DNA of 44,214 nt from Octopus bimaculoides (Eukaryota), in the NCBI RefSeq assembly GCF_001194135.2, contig NC_068981.1, positions 116,322,254 through 116,366,467 of the forward strand, read 5' to 3'. Both the position numbers and the translations under genes were made by a program. The notes under the pieces are model-generated. The model searched no databases. It was not told the origin of the DNA and saw only the letters and a program-made list of their open reading frames with translations. Of this stretch, positions 25,546 through 37,699 are shown piece after piece. Positions within the stretch are counted from its first letter, which is position 1. Each line of letters opens with the position of its first letter.

Positions 25546-26185
25546 TACAGAATACGAAAATGAAATTCTATCCAGGAACGTAGGTTATAAAAACATAAAT
25601 ATCCTGCATCAAATGGAAAATATATTGTGTATGCGAAGTTTATCAATACAAAAATATGATATCAATACCCAGCGTGCATTCAAGACGGCTTGCTACTATT
25701 CTCTGTTATTAGATAGCATTCAGAAATTTGAGGAAATATTACCATGTGCCATGAAATAATATGGGAATAACAACCTCTGAAATAATTAAATCCCCAGAAA
25801 AGATATTTGAAATGTTGGTGGATCCCGAAATAAATTATTACAAATTAATAATCAAATAATATAAGAAATTTGAAATAAATATTATATGAGGCATCATATT
25901 CCCCATGTTTGCAGTATTAGCATTGTTAAAATGGTAGGTCTTTCCGAATACATATACATATATAAACGCACACATTCATACATATATGTATGACTGTATG
26001 CGTGAGTGCATGTGTACGTGTGCGTGTGTGTGTGTGTGCTAGGGCGTACGCTTGCCATTCCTAAGTTACTAACTTTGACCCTGAACCATCCACTTAATCA
26101 TAATCAGTGTAACCATCCGTTTTTTCCTCCAGCCTTCCATCTCAATAAACAGCCAGTCTGAAATACATAACTACATACATATATA

Positions 26186-26224
<39 letters not shown>

Positions 26225-26821
26225 NNNNNNNNNNNNNNNNNNNNNNNNNNNNNNNNNNNNNNNNNNNNNNNNNNNNNNNNNNNNNNNNNNNNNNNNNNNN
26301 NNNNNNNNNNNNNNNNNNNNNNNNNNNNNNNNNNNNNNNNNNNNNNNNNNNNNNNNNNNNNNNNNNNNNNNNNNNNNNNNNNNNNNNNNNNNNNNNNNNN
26401 NNNNNNNNNNNNNNNNNNNNNNNNNNNNNNNNNNNNNNNNNNNNNNNNNNNNNNNNNNNNNNNNNNNNNNNNNNNNNNNNNNNNNNNNNNNNNNNNNNNN
26501 NNNNNNNNNNNNNNNNNNNNNNNNNNNNNNNNNNNNNNNNNNNNNNNNNNNNNNNNNNNNNNNNNNNNNNNNNNNNNNNNNNNNNNNNNNNNNNNNNNNN
26601 NNNNNNNNNNNNNNNNNNNNNNNNNNNNNNNNNNNNNNNNNNNNNNNNNNNNNNNNNNNNNNNNNNNNNNNNNNNNNNNNNNNNNNNNNNNNNNNNNNNN
26701 NNNNNNNNNNNNNNNNNNNNNNNNNNNNNNNNNNNNNNNNNNTATATATATATATATACATATTTATGTGTATGTGTGTGTATGTGTATGTATATATATG
26801 CACACACACACACATGCACAA

Positions 26822-26869
<48 letters not shown>

Positions 26870-27379
26870 GCATATGTATGTGTGTATGCCTATGTGTGTG
26901 TATGCGCGTGTGTGTGTGTGTGTGTATTTTTACATGTCCACATGCACATCTTTCTTTTCCCGCCTTTGCACTCGCTTTTCCTTTCATTCTCATTTCCTTA
27001 GCCTCTCTATCGCCTCTCCCTCACAGACCCGCACACCAACCCACTCATTTACACATTATGGAATTATATATTAGTAACAAAAAGCAAATAAACAAAAGAA
27101 CGTAATATCATTTTGTTTTATTTGTTTCTTCCCTGAATAGTATGGCAAAATAAAGGAAGGCAGTCATCCACAAAGAGCTATCATTATGTGCTTAATAGGG
27201 CATAACTACAGTTAGGGGTCCTTAGGCTAGGTTAGAAACACATGCTGTGATGGTTTTCTTTAATTTTAGAGATCTTCCTAGGGAGTAGAACACATTGTTC
27301 TATGAATTATTTCAGCGGGGTTTTTGACACTGGTGAAATATATAAAACTTAGCACACTTTCCCAATTATCAAGGATTCA

Positions 27380-27700
27380 TCCAATACACCAGCGCCACCT
27401 ACAATACCACGGCCATGAAACATTCATCAGCACCACTGTCACAACCACTAACAACGCTTCCAATATAGCCAACACCAACGAAAGTATCAGACACATCATG
27501 TGATGTTATATATAAGCAGCAGTAGCAGCAGCAGCACCACCACCACCAGCACCACCACCACAACCACCACCGCCGCTACCACCACCACTATGGCCACCAC
27601 GGCCAGCATCACCACCACTACTACCATCACCATCACTACTACCATCATTACCACAACCACTGCCACGAACCTCACAAACTTCACTGGCGCATCATCAATA
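27380..27700. repeat. Degenerate (ACC)n/(CAG)n trinucleotide low-complexity tract
   Basis: Read directly from the sequence; explains the poly-T and poly-V ORFs. Confidence 0.85.
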
Positions 27701-28250
27701 CTACCTTCGACAAATAAAACCAAAGGCATCGCTTTCTAGACTACCCTCTCCCTTTCTCTCTCCCACCCTCTCTCTCGCTCTCTCTCTCTATCTCTATCTC
27801 TCCCTCCAACTATCTGTCTATATTATATATACTATCTCTATATATCCATATATATATGAGTTCCTCGAAAAGGTAAAATGTATGGAAATGATTTAGAGGT
27901 CGTTACTGAAAGAACATANNNNNNNNNNNNNNNNNNNNNNNNNNNNNNNNNNNNNNNNNNNNNNNNNNNNNNNNNNNNNNNNNNNNNNNNNNNNNNNNNN
28001 NNNNNNNNNNNNNNNNNNNNNNNNNNNNNNNNNNNNNNNNNNNNNNNNNNNNNNNNNNNNNNNNNNNNNNNNNNNNNNNNNNNNNNNNNNNNNNNNNNNN
28101 NNNNNNNNNNNNNNNNNNNNNNNNNNNNNNNNNNNNNNNNNNNNNNNNNNNNNNNNNNNNNNNNNNNNNNNNNNNNNNNNNNNNNNNNNNNNNNNNNNNN
28201 NNNNNNNNNNNNNNNNNNNNNNNNNNNNNNNNNNNNNNNNNNNNNNNNNN

Positions 28251-28309
<59 letters not shown>

Positions 28310-28727
28310 GATCATCCTCCCTACACTGCTTGACATTCATGCAGCCGTCTACTAGGAATTAAATGTGGCTACGATCTTCATGAAATTGTGTGAATTAATA
28401 TACATCCAAGCAGTTTCTAGATGAAACGTAAATGACTGTTATAGTGTGACTGCAATGTTCGTAGAGATGATTTAATTGATAAATTATCATCGCCGAATTT
28501 GAAATTCTTTAACTGTTATATTCACAAGTCCTCATTCAGTTGCTTACTTACATGTTAATGTGGAAGCAAGATTTAATTTTCTAGCGGACGAAGTAAGTTT
28601 TATTCAGCATGGTTTTATAGCAATTATTCTTTTATCTACTTTTTGCAGCGTAACTTATAATATTCTAAAATTGCGCCCTGCTTTACGTGCATTCATACTC
28701 AAACATATTAGAAACAAAGTTGTTGAC

Positions 28728-28956
28728 CAGTGGTTCTTAACCAGGGTCCATATGACCCTTGGGAGTCCACATTAGATTTGGTTGCTAAAAATTATTTGCA
28801 ATTAACTGGTTATATTTCTACAATATACTAAATGTTTTCCATTTTTTTAATACAGTTTCTAATAATATTTAATTAAATATCAAATGTCTATGAGGGTCCA
28901 GCTAAGTAAAATATGAATCAAAGGGGTCCATAAAAACAAATGGTTGAGAACCACTG
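28728..28956. mobile_element. hAT-type (Charlie-like) MITE, 229 bp
   Basis: TIRs cagtggttcttaacc / ggttgagaaccactg; 8-bp flanks ttgttgac / ctgtagaa match at 5 of 8 positions (decayed target-site duplication). Confidence 0.8.
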
Positions 28957-29169
28957 CTGTAGAACAATGCAATAACAAATTCAGAAGTAAAGATGTTACC
29001 CAATATAATACACATTGTACTGATATGCGACATAAATAAAATGTACCCGAACAATAGACTGGAATAATGGAACACAAAAATAAATGCTAATTCTATCATG
29101 ATGGTTTTTCCCAGTTACAACATGATTCCTATTATCTCTTTCGGGTCACTAGAAAATGCGGCAATAAAA

Positions 29170-29420
29170 GCATCAACGACTTCCATAACTCAGCAGATAA
29201 AACTAGAAACGTAATGAACAAAGATACGTTATTTTCCCAATCTAAATATAAAGAAGTAGTTGAAGCTGAGTACATTCAATTAATAATGGGGAAAAAAGAT
29301 ACAAGTCTCGCCTCAAGTATAAGACGCTCATATTGCACAAAATAACTTAGAGCAAAGAAGATAATCTCACTCATTGATAAAACTGCACCTTTCAAAAGAC
29401 TACATCCACTACTCCCCACA
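29170..29420 (+). mobile_element. Possible Penelope-like element N-terminal fragment
   Basis: ADKTRNVMN...SQSKYKEVVEAEY...LRAKKII resembles the PLE ADKTRNLY region; a single strong motif only. Confidence 0.3.
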
Positions 29421-31744
29421 GACTGTATCTATTCTATATTCAAACGGATAATGTACTTCTGCGTTCGGAAACAGAGTTCTGCTATTACGCAGCACACCCT
29501 ATAAGTCTGTCATTAACTCACATATTTCTGTTGTGGATCATCTACCAAAGTTCTATGCTCATTCGTCATTCCATGTGCCGTCAGTAACGTCAGTATCCTG
29601 GTATAATATATCAACCCACATTTTTCCTGTGTGTTGCCCTACGGATTTTCAAGAAAAGCATAAATTGTATGAACGTCATAATCGTGAAATAAAACCTGCA
29701 AAGGTCACAGGCGCAGTCCTTTCTCATTAACCAAAAATAATGTAAATAGACATATACGTGTGTATACATGCATGAGTGTTGTGTGCGTGTGTGTGCGTCA
29801 GTGTTTGTGCTTGCGTCCCTTTCTTCGAGTAATCACTTGTTCGTATTAACAACATATTGAAAATAATCGGGAAATGATGAAACATTTTGAAAATAACATT
29901 TATTTTCTATTTATAATTGTGGTTTGCAGATATTTTTCTTTGGTATACGATATCTTGATATTTAGCAGTAACATTTAGAAATGTTATACAGTTGTAGTTT
30001 TCAACCGCAAATATTTCAGTTCCTCGAAAGAATAAGAAATACACTTTCAACAAACTGCGATGAGGAAGGGTGGAGAAGGATGATAAGCAAGAAGAAGAAG
30101 AAGAAGAAGAAGAAGAAGAGTGCACCACCATCACCATCAATACAAAATTAGTAAACATTCTATATCAAATGTAAATATTAATTCCTACCATTGGTATAAG
30201 AGAAATTGCTTTATGCAGTAAGAGTACAATACATGACCGGTATATATTTCACCCATCTCAGCGGATTTTCTCTTAAAAACTAACTGAAGACAAGAGTGCT
30301 TTTTACCCTTTCTTTTTACCACTCTGCTAATTCCCCTCACTTATCCTTCTCATTTTACTACCTTTTTTAATATTGCATTTCAAAATAAAAATTATTTATG
30401 TTAATTTCTCAATTTATTTTCAGGTCAGTCCAAGATGTTTTCTCATTTCAAGCTTCACCGTATAAATAATTACTAATCGGACCTGCGTAAATTCAACGGA
30501 AGCATAGCATATTCCTCCTCACTATTAAATCACTATAATATATAAATAAAAAGTTAAAAAGGTATTCACGGCAGAGAGAAAATGTTACACCGTTGCCATC
30601 ACTACCATAACTACCAACAAGAAAGAACCAGCTGACACCGTCACTATGTACTAGTGCTCTCACTTCAACACTACAGGAACAAACATTAAACCTCTACTAA
30701 CAATAAATTTAAGAAGTCTGTGACAAAGTTTAAGGAGTAGCTGTGTGGTAAAAATTTGCTCCCCAACATGGTGGATTTTAGGGACAGGTGGTTGCGGAGG
30801 ACAAATTTCTCTGTACATATTGTATAACGTTTTAGCTTACATTTATCGTACATTAGGTCGTACATTTAGCTTACATTTACCTTATATTAGATCACTCACA
30901 AGCAACGTCTTGCAAACGCAATCGCCTTTCCTTTAAGATTGTGGAAACACTCTGGAGACGTCTATACAGTTGTTTCTCGGTAGGGTAAGTTCTCCAAGAT
31001 ATGTTTTAGACTACTCTTAACATTCGAAGCACCAAAGGAATGGGGTCTATTGTTAATGAAGTTTTAAAGTAATTGAATAATTTACTTTATATATATATTT
31101 CGGGGTGAATTTCACCCTGGAGATGACGATATTGTGTATATAAATAAAAAGATGACGATATCGTGTATATAAATAAAACTTCTTCAGATATTCATCAAAA
31201 CTAAAACTGCATGAACATTCCTTCCTTTTTGAGATTTGCGTTCACATTGTTGAAGATTATATATATGGTTTTGCATATTAGTGAAAGAATGCATCATTTT
31301 TACTGTTACAATTGAATTGATAAATGTATGAGGCATTTTCCCACCTTTCTCTAAGAATGACAATAAAGTTCCCATGATTTGTCATTTCCCGAATTATTAA
31401 TTGAAACGTTTGCTTACATAATATCAGGCTACTTTCTTTCTATTTTCTCTCTCTCTCCAAATATATATTGTGAATTCAGGTATGTGTCTGCATATGCGTA
31501 TGTATGCGTATATGCGCTTACATAGAAATATATATCATATATATATATATATANNNNNNNNNNNNNNNNNNNNNNNNNNNNNNNNNNNNNNNNNNNNNNN
31601 NNNNNNNNNNNNNNNNNNNNNNNNNNATATATATGATTGCTTCATCTTGACGGCAGATAGCCGTCCCATCAACACACACACACCATACGCCATCACACAG
31701 CACACTCACTCCATTGATGAGAACCTCAGATGACATTTAAGACC

Positions 31745-33770
31745 AGCTGCTGACTGGAAGGTTTTAAAATACAAGTGACAGATATTTAAATTTCTTCTAT
31801 ATCTTTACCCTTTGGAATCTGATTCTGAAGGAATGTTTTTTGTGAGCTAGTATATGCCTTTTAAGTCCAGATATTGTCTTACAAGTTTTGTGACATATAA
31901 CACAAGTTATAAGTAATGGTTGGAGTTGAAGATTATTACCTACCTGGGAATTTCTAATTTCATGTGATTTCATACTATTCACATATCCTGCTTTTGACAA
32001 CGGAACACGATCACACATAATACATATCCAATTTTCACTGTTGACTACAGTTCCAGTTGTTCCTTTGCGACATTTAAGCTCAGAGTATCGAATCATCTTT
32101 GCCTCCTAGGCATTGCAACTAGACCTAACAGCACCTCTCCACTTGTTCCGATCTAAAGCATCCTTTTCCCAATTACTTTTGTTCATGTCTAGTTTCTTCA
32201 GGTTTTCCTTCACAGGGACTTTATAACTCTTCCTCGGCTTAAGTTGTGGTCGCTTACCAGAGTTGAGCTCTCCCAAAAAGACGCTTCGTCTTTCATTTTA
32301 ATAACATGTCCAGCCCATCTCATTTGAGCCAAGATATGTATGCTGTTCAATTCAACTGCAACGTGCCATGCACAGAACTTCTGTATCTAGTATGAAATAT
32401 TCCCACTTGATTTCTAAGCTACGTTTAAGGCACTTTTGATGAAATCTTTCCAGCATTTTCCTATGACGCCTGTAAGTGGTCCATGTCTCACCCGAATGAA
32501 GAAGTTCCCTCAATACACACATTTTATAAACACTGATGTTTGTCGGCAAGAAAATACTTCAATCGAGCCCATATTCACTTTTCGAGCTTTCCAAAAGCAA
32601 TACTTCCCTATTCGATAGTATACCCCTGCATCAAGACCACCATGTCTTGATAGTGTGCTTCCAACGTAAACAAAGGTATCAACGACTTCTAAGCTTGTTC
32701 CATTCACAAAAATGTTCGGTTCAGAATATGTTTGTCCTGACACGGTAGTAAACACGGCTTTGGATTTTCCCCAGACTAATTGTGAGTCCGAAATGTACAC
32801 ATGCAGTGAAAAATCTGTCCTTTATATGTTGCATATACCCCTCTGAGTGTGCCAACAAATCAGCATCATCAGCGTAAAGTTATTCTCTAACAAGTGTTTT
32901 GAAATATTTTGCTTTGCAGTTAAACCGGGTCAAATTAAAAATGTGACCAGATGTTCAAAATCTGATTCCGATTCCCCTGTTGCAATCCTTAAAAGCATAC
33001 AAAAACAATGCAGCAAAATAAATAGAGAAAAGTACAAGAGCAGGAATATCGCCCTGTTTGACACCGTCGTCCACCGAAAATTCATGAGATAGCTCACCAT
33101 TAAAAACTACCTGAACTTTCATGGTTCTGTGTAGTTCCTTAAAGATGTTCATAAAATGTGATGGGTAACTAAGTTTACACAAAACAATCCACAGTTCCAC
33201 CCTGTTTACCGTGTCAAATGCATAAGAATTTCTAAGAATTTCTCCCACAGAAAAGAATTATGTCGATTGTTCCTCGCTCAGGTCTGAGACCACACTACTG
33301 TTCAGGAATCACATGTGAACACATTCTCAACGAGACGATCTAACATGATCATTGAAAGTATCTTCCCGGTATGTGTTAGAAGAGTTATCCCTGTAGAATT
33401 ACTACACACTGCTTTTGGGTCATTACCCTTCTATACAGAAATTAGAATACCATTTATCCATTCTTGTGACACAGAAAAACTTTATTCCAAAGTCGAGTTA
33501 TCAGGCTATGAATCTCAGATGAAATATTGATCCCCACGTGCTATCCGGGCGCTTTTGATTCCCACCTGCCAGTCCAGGCGCTTTACCTCATCTCAGTCTG
33601 CATAATGCCAAATTTACTTCTTCAATGGAAGGTGTATCGTTCATGTGTTGCACCATCTCTCTCTGCGGAATGTTGCTTATGACATCCATGTTCACTACTG
33701 ACGGGTTGTGGATAAGATCTGCAAAGTGTTCTCTCCATCTATTCATTATTCCAAGAAGATTATTAATAAT
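31745..33770 (-). mobile_element. RTE/BovB-like LINE, RT to 3' end, decayed
   Basis: RWREHFADLIHNPS...PSIEEVNLAL, AFDTVNRVELW, GVKQGDIPALVLFSIYF, FVYVGSTLSRHG, ETWTTYRRHRKMLERFHQKCLKR; C-terminal C2H2-type fingers. Confidence 0.92.
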
Positions 33771-33946
33771 CTCATTTCCATACATACATACATGCGTACA
33801 TACATGCATATATGTTCTTGCATACATATAGTGTATATATGTATATATATGTATGCATATGTGTATATATGTATATATATGTATGCATATGTCTATATAG
33901 GTATATGTATGTATCTATCTATNNNNNNNNNNTATCTATCTATCTA

Positions 33947-33989
<43 letters not shown>

Positions 33990-34761
33990 TTTTATTAGAG
34001 AATTGTGTTTCTCTACAATTATATGTATTTAGATAAACTAGTCTATCTCTTGTTCGAGCATGCTAACATGGACATATACATGCATACGTATGCACAAAGA
34101 CAAACAGATCCACACACATATACATCTGTCGACACCTATAAACATACATGCATATACATGCCGACAGACATGTACACACATTCTCTATTTCATTATCATT
34201 AAGACATATTAAAAATTTGCCGAAAGGTACGCAGCGTGACGTAAATATTTCACTTGATCCGGAAGCTGGCCTCCTAAACTCTTCCAGGCAAATTTGCATC
34301 AAATTATCTCAAGGTTCACAGTTGATGTTTGAGCGGAAGATTTCAAGTTGGGTGTACTTTAATGTGAAGTGAAACACCAAAAGAAAAACAAAAAAAATCA
34401 AAAACAAAGTATAAACAAAAACGCAGTAATAACCAAGATGTAAACAAAACGTCAGAAATGATCTGTCAGTCTTGCATGGCTTATACAATGAATCCTAAAA
34501 GTTCAAGACAACACATGTAATTGATAAGAAAATAAAACTGGTTTTAAATTAAATTCATATCTGACTGGCAAATTTGACCATGATGTGAAGTATGAACTTT
34601 AAAGTGAATCACTATCATATTTGAACTCAGAATATAAAAATACATAACTAAAGAATAATCTGTTATACTTGGCGATGGTCATTTTTGCCAATTAAATACA
34701 TGTGCTATTTATTTGATCCTCACTTTAGTTTTACTTCATATGACTTTTAGTTAATACATCT

Positions 34762-34804
34762 GTCGAAGTCCTTTCGTCACACATTTTGCGAGCTCTTCAA
34801 CGAC
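34762..34804 (-). ncRNA. Variant minimal type I hammerhead ribozyme (possibly decayed)
   Basis: Minus strand: stem I GUCG/CGAC; core UUGAAGA (C3U); stem II G(C)UCGCA-AAAUG-UGUGAC; GAAA; stem III AG-GA-CU; triplet CUU. Confidence 0.5.
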
Positions 34805-35225
34805 TCTTTCTTAAGTCTTCTCTTGGTCTGCTCATTCCATTTTGTCCTTCTGTAATATGTATCTCTATCTGCGCATCATTTTCGTCTTTGCTTGTGTTTG
34901 TGTGAGATTGTGCGTCCATGTATTTATTATGTGTCCCGTTAGCGTTTGTATATTGCACTATTTGTACTCGTGTCTCCTATCTATTTATTTATTTGCTTGT
35001 TCTCGTTCTGTCTTTAGTATGTGTATGTGTGCCTTATTACAGTGTTAGTACCCGTGTCCATTATATATGTATCTTTTCTTCGTTCTTTAGTCGTCAGGTT
35101 TCGTGGTGTAATGGAGTGAGGTTTATTACTCCAGTCATATTTTCTGCTATTGTGTGTGTGTGGCGTCCGTAATCTGTCTGGGCGTTGTGTCTGTTCTATT
35201 TATCGATAACATCTCCTAACATCTA

Positions 35226-35255
35226 TTGGGTTGGCAACTAAGTTCTCGCGGTATT
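35226..35255 (+). mobile_element. Solo mariner-type TIR
   Basis: ta|ttgggttggcaactaagttctcgcgg resembles mariner termini; no partner TIR found in the window. Confidence 0.55.
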
Positions 35256-35735
35256 GTTTTTTAAATTTTGGAATTTATTGCGTTTTTCAGTTATATTCAG
35301 GATGTCTTTACTTGATTCTGTACATGTGTACGTGCGAATACTGTTGTGTGTAACAGAGACGAAAATATTGTTTAAAGCAATGGTGCTTTTAATGGAATTG
35401 TCCTAGATGTTGTTTCTTCTTATGTAACTTGTGTGTGTTGGTGTATTTTCTTATTCTTTCTTAAATATGCTGTGTATTTAGAAGTCTTGGTCCTGCATGT
35501 TTTCTTTCGATGGGCGTGGTTCGTAATTTCTGTATGTAGATAGCGTAAAAAAAATTGTCTATAAATTGAACATTATTTATTCTATAAAATCTGTATGGGT
35601 AGACACCGAGATTTCAGAAGTTATTTGTATGCATTTATTACTAATATGAAATGTATTGTATGTATCAATTGTACGTTCTCCGAAAAGTGATTTGCAAACA
35701 AAGTTCGACTACGTTTATCAGGCTTGAAAAATAAA

Positions 35736-35804
<69 letters not shown>

Positions 35805-36123
35805 CTCTTTTTGGACTGCAAAACGTATTACAAAAAAAAAAAACTCCCTTGATTTCAAAAGGTACTTCAAGAAAGTGCATATCGCTCTATTTCCAAGCTG
35901 TACAACTGGAATCACTGTAGACTGGATAGTGAAAAACCAATAATAAATAAACAGAAGTAGATTCCAGGAAAAGTAATCCCAGAATCTGCAACTCTTGTTA
36001 GGGTATTCCAATGCTGCATATTCTATTCTTTAACATTTTTAGATAATTTCTTAGGAATAATTATTTTTCAAGACGCCATACTGGCGATGTACACCTCGGG
36101 CTTGTAAAATTACAGATTATAAT

Positions 36124-36330
36124 CCTTTCTAGAATAAGAACAAAACCTGAAATTTTGGGGAAGTTGATTTCATCGACCCCAGTGCTCGACTGGTACTTGT
36201 TTCATCAACTCCAAAAAGATGAAAGGTAAAGGCTATCTAGGCGGAATTTCGACTCAGAATGTAAAGATGGACGAAATGTCGCTAAACATTTTGCCCGGCT
36301 GGCTAACAATTCTGACTGCACGACACCTTA
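36124..36330 (-). mobile_element. tRNA-derived SINE (family 2), diverged
   Basis: Aligns with 20971-21183 (catcgacccc, ggtactt, gatgaaagg, cattttgcccgg). Confidence 0.8.
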
Positions 36331-36353
36331 TCGAAAAGAAAAATTGATAATAA

Positions 36354-36540
36354 TCCGTTATACTATCGCACATGGCTGCACATTTTGGTGATAGAGGACT
36401 ACTCGATTACATCAACCTCAGTACTCGGCTAGTACTTATATCATCAACTTGAAAGGCAAAGTCGACCTCGGTGGAGACGGCCGAAATGCCGCTAAGCATT
36501 TTGCCCGGCATACTAACGCATCTTCCAGATCAACACCTTA
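36354..36540 (-). mobile_element. tRNA-derived SINE (family 2), second tandem copy with an internal deletion
   Basis: gaaaggcaaagtcgacctcgg...gaaatgccgctaagcattttgcccggc shared with the other copies. Confidence 0.8.
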
Positions 36541-36805
36541 TTAAATAATATCGATAATGATAATGATAGATGACGGATTATTTGAATCGATAGACTCTCT
36601 GACTAAATGTCTGGTAACTATTTATTTAAGTATTTTCTTGTGAGTAATCTGTACCGCTGAATTTGACTAAAATAATATCAGACACGCACATTTTTCTATA
36701 TGTCACTAAAATATCAGTCACTAATTTTCTCCCGTTACTTGATCATGTTTGCATGGTAGAAGTCAATATGGTTAATATGTATCCAATAACCTTTAATTTC
36801 CATAG

Positions 36806-36865
36806 CGAATATTTTGAGTCAAGCTGTTGGCTTCATTGCAGCATGGTCAGAGTTCATTGCCCATC
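36806..36865 (+). CDS. Candidate 60-nt internal exon of an unidentified host gene
   Basis: Acceptor cctttaatttccatag|, donor |gtaagg; open frame NILSQAVGFIAAWSEFIAH in a frame-preserving phase. No homology recognised. Confidence 0.3.
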
Positions 36866-37699
36866 GTAAGGAATATCTGACATTGTAGTATTGATGCTGT
36901 AAGTCTCTAATTCTCACTACATATAGTAGATTAATCTGTGTAGTTGACTGCCGTAAATTTTAGTGATAGAAGACAAAGCAAACACTGAAATTAAAAGGCT
37001 GAATGAAACGATACATAACGAAATCGAGCAAAATGTTATCCCCAACGTTCTTTCAGCTTTACTCTACATCAAATTACAAGCAATCTTATTGCGAAGATTC
37101 ATTAATTATATTATATCTGTAGCAATATTATCAGAACATTCTTAATTATCATTAAAATTAAGGTAGTTACAGCAACTTCCATTACTTACGAATTAGCCCC
37201 TTTTATTGTTTTTGATGTGCAAATGACATCTTCATGTTCAGTTGCTGCATTTTGACTCCCGAAGGGTCATGCCGTCCATCTTTACAAGTATATATTAAAA
37301 CATTAATATACGCTAAAGTTTGTTGTTTGGAAGGAGTTAAAAGTAAGAAGATTTAATTAGCAGTAAATTTGACAGAATAAGGTATGTTGACATTTGAATA
37401 CAGTATTATTCAGTTATATTAAAGATATTTTTGTGCAAAATAACTTTGTAAGAGGAGCAACAACATACGTAAATACATGTGGGAAATAATGTTCTTTTTT
37501 TTTAAATAGATACAAAAGAAAGATATTTTAAAGTAAGAGGGAGCTTTAATATAGTTATTTAATCAATCCCAGAATGATAGAAAGTGTGGTTAAGGTAGGT
37601 GGAATTTGGACACATAAATTAAAGACGAATGATTAAAAATTCTAAGCTACATTTTTGTGCCGATTCCAGGAGAACAGGAATCCAAATAAATAGCTCGAA

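Larger units (their letters stand above)
1179..33932. other. 13 assembly gaps (N runs), approximately 1179-1482, 2338-2520, 3889-4346, 6487-6672, 8135-8155, 11661-11978, 14589-14918, 16731-16795, 17679-18099, 26225-26741, 27919-28250, 31553-31626, 33923-33932
   Basis: N runs, almost all bordered by (TA)n, (CA)n, (GA)n or (TCTA)n; gap ends approximate to a few bases. Confidence 0.97.

Noticed and set aside
27500-27739. Thr-rich mucin-like exon
   Set aside because: Pure (ACC)n low complexity with no splice signals or non-repetitive coding flanks.
30730-30785. Additional SINE (aggagtagctgtgtggtaa...)
   Set aside because: Only a short A-box-like head fragment; no B-box or body.
35090-35105. Adjacent GAAAC and CUGACGA on the minus strand
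   Set aside because: No room for stems III and I between the two motifs, so the order cannot form a hammerhead.
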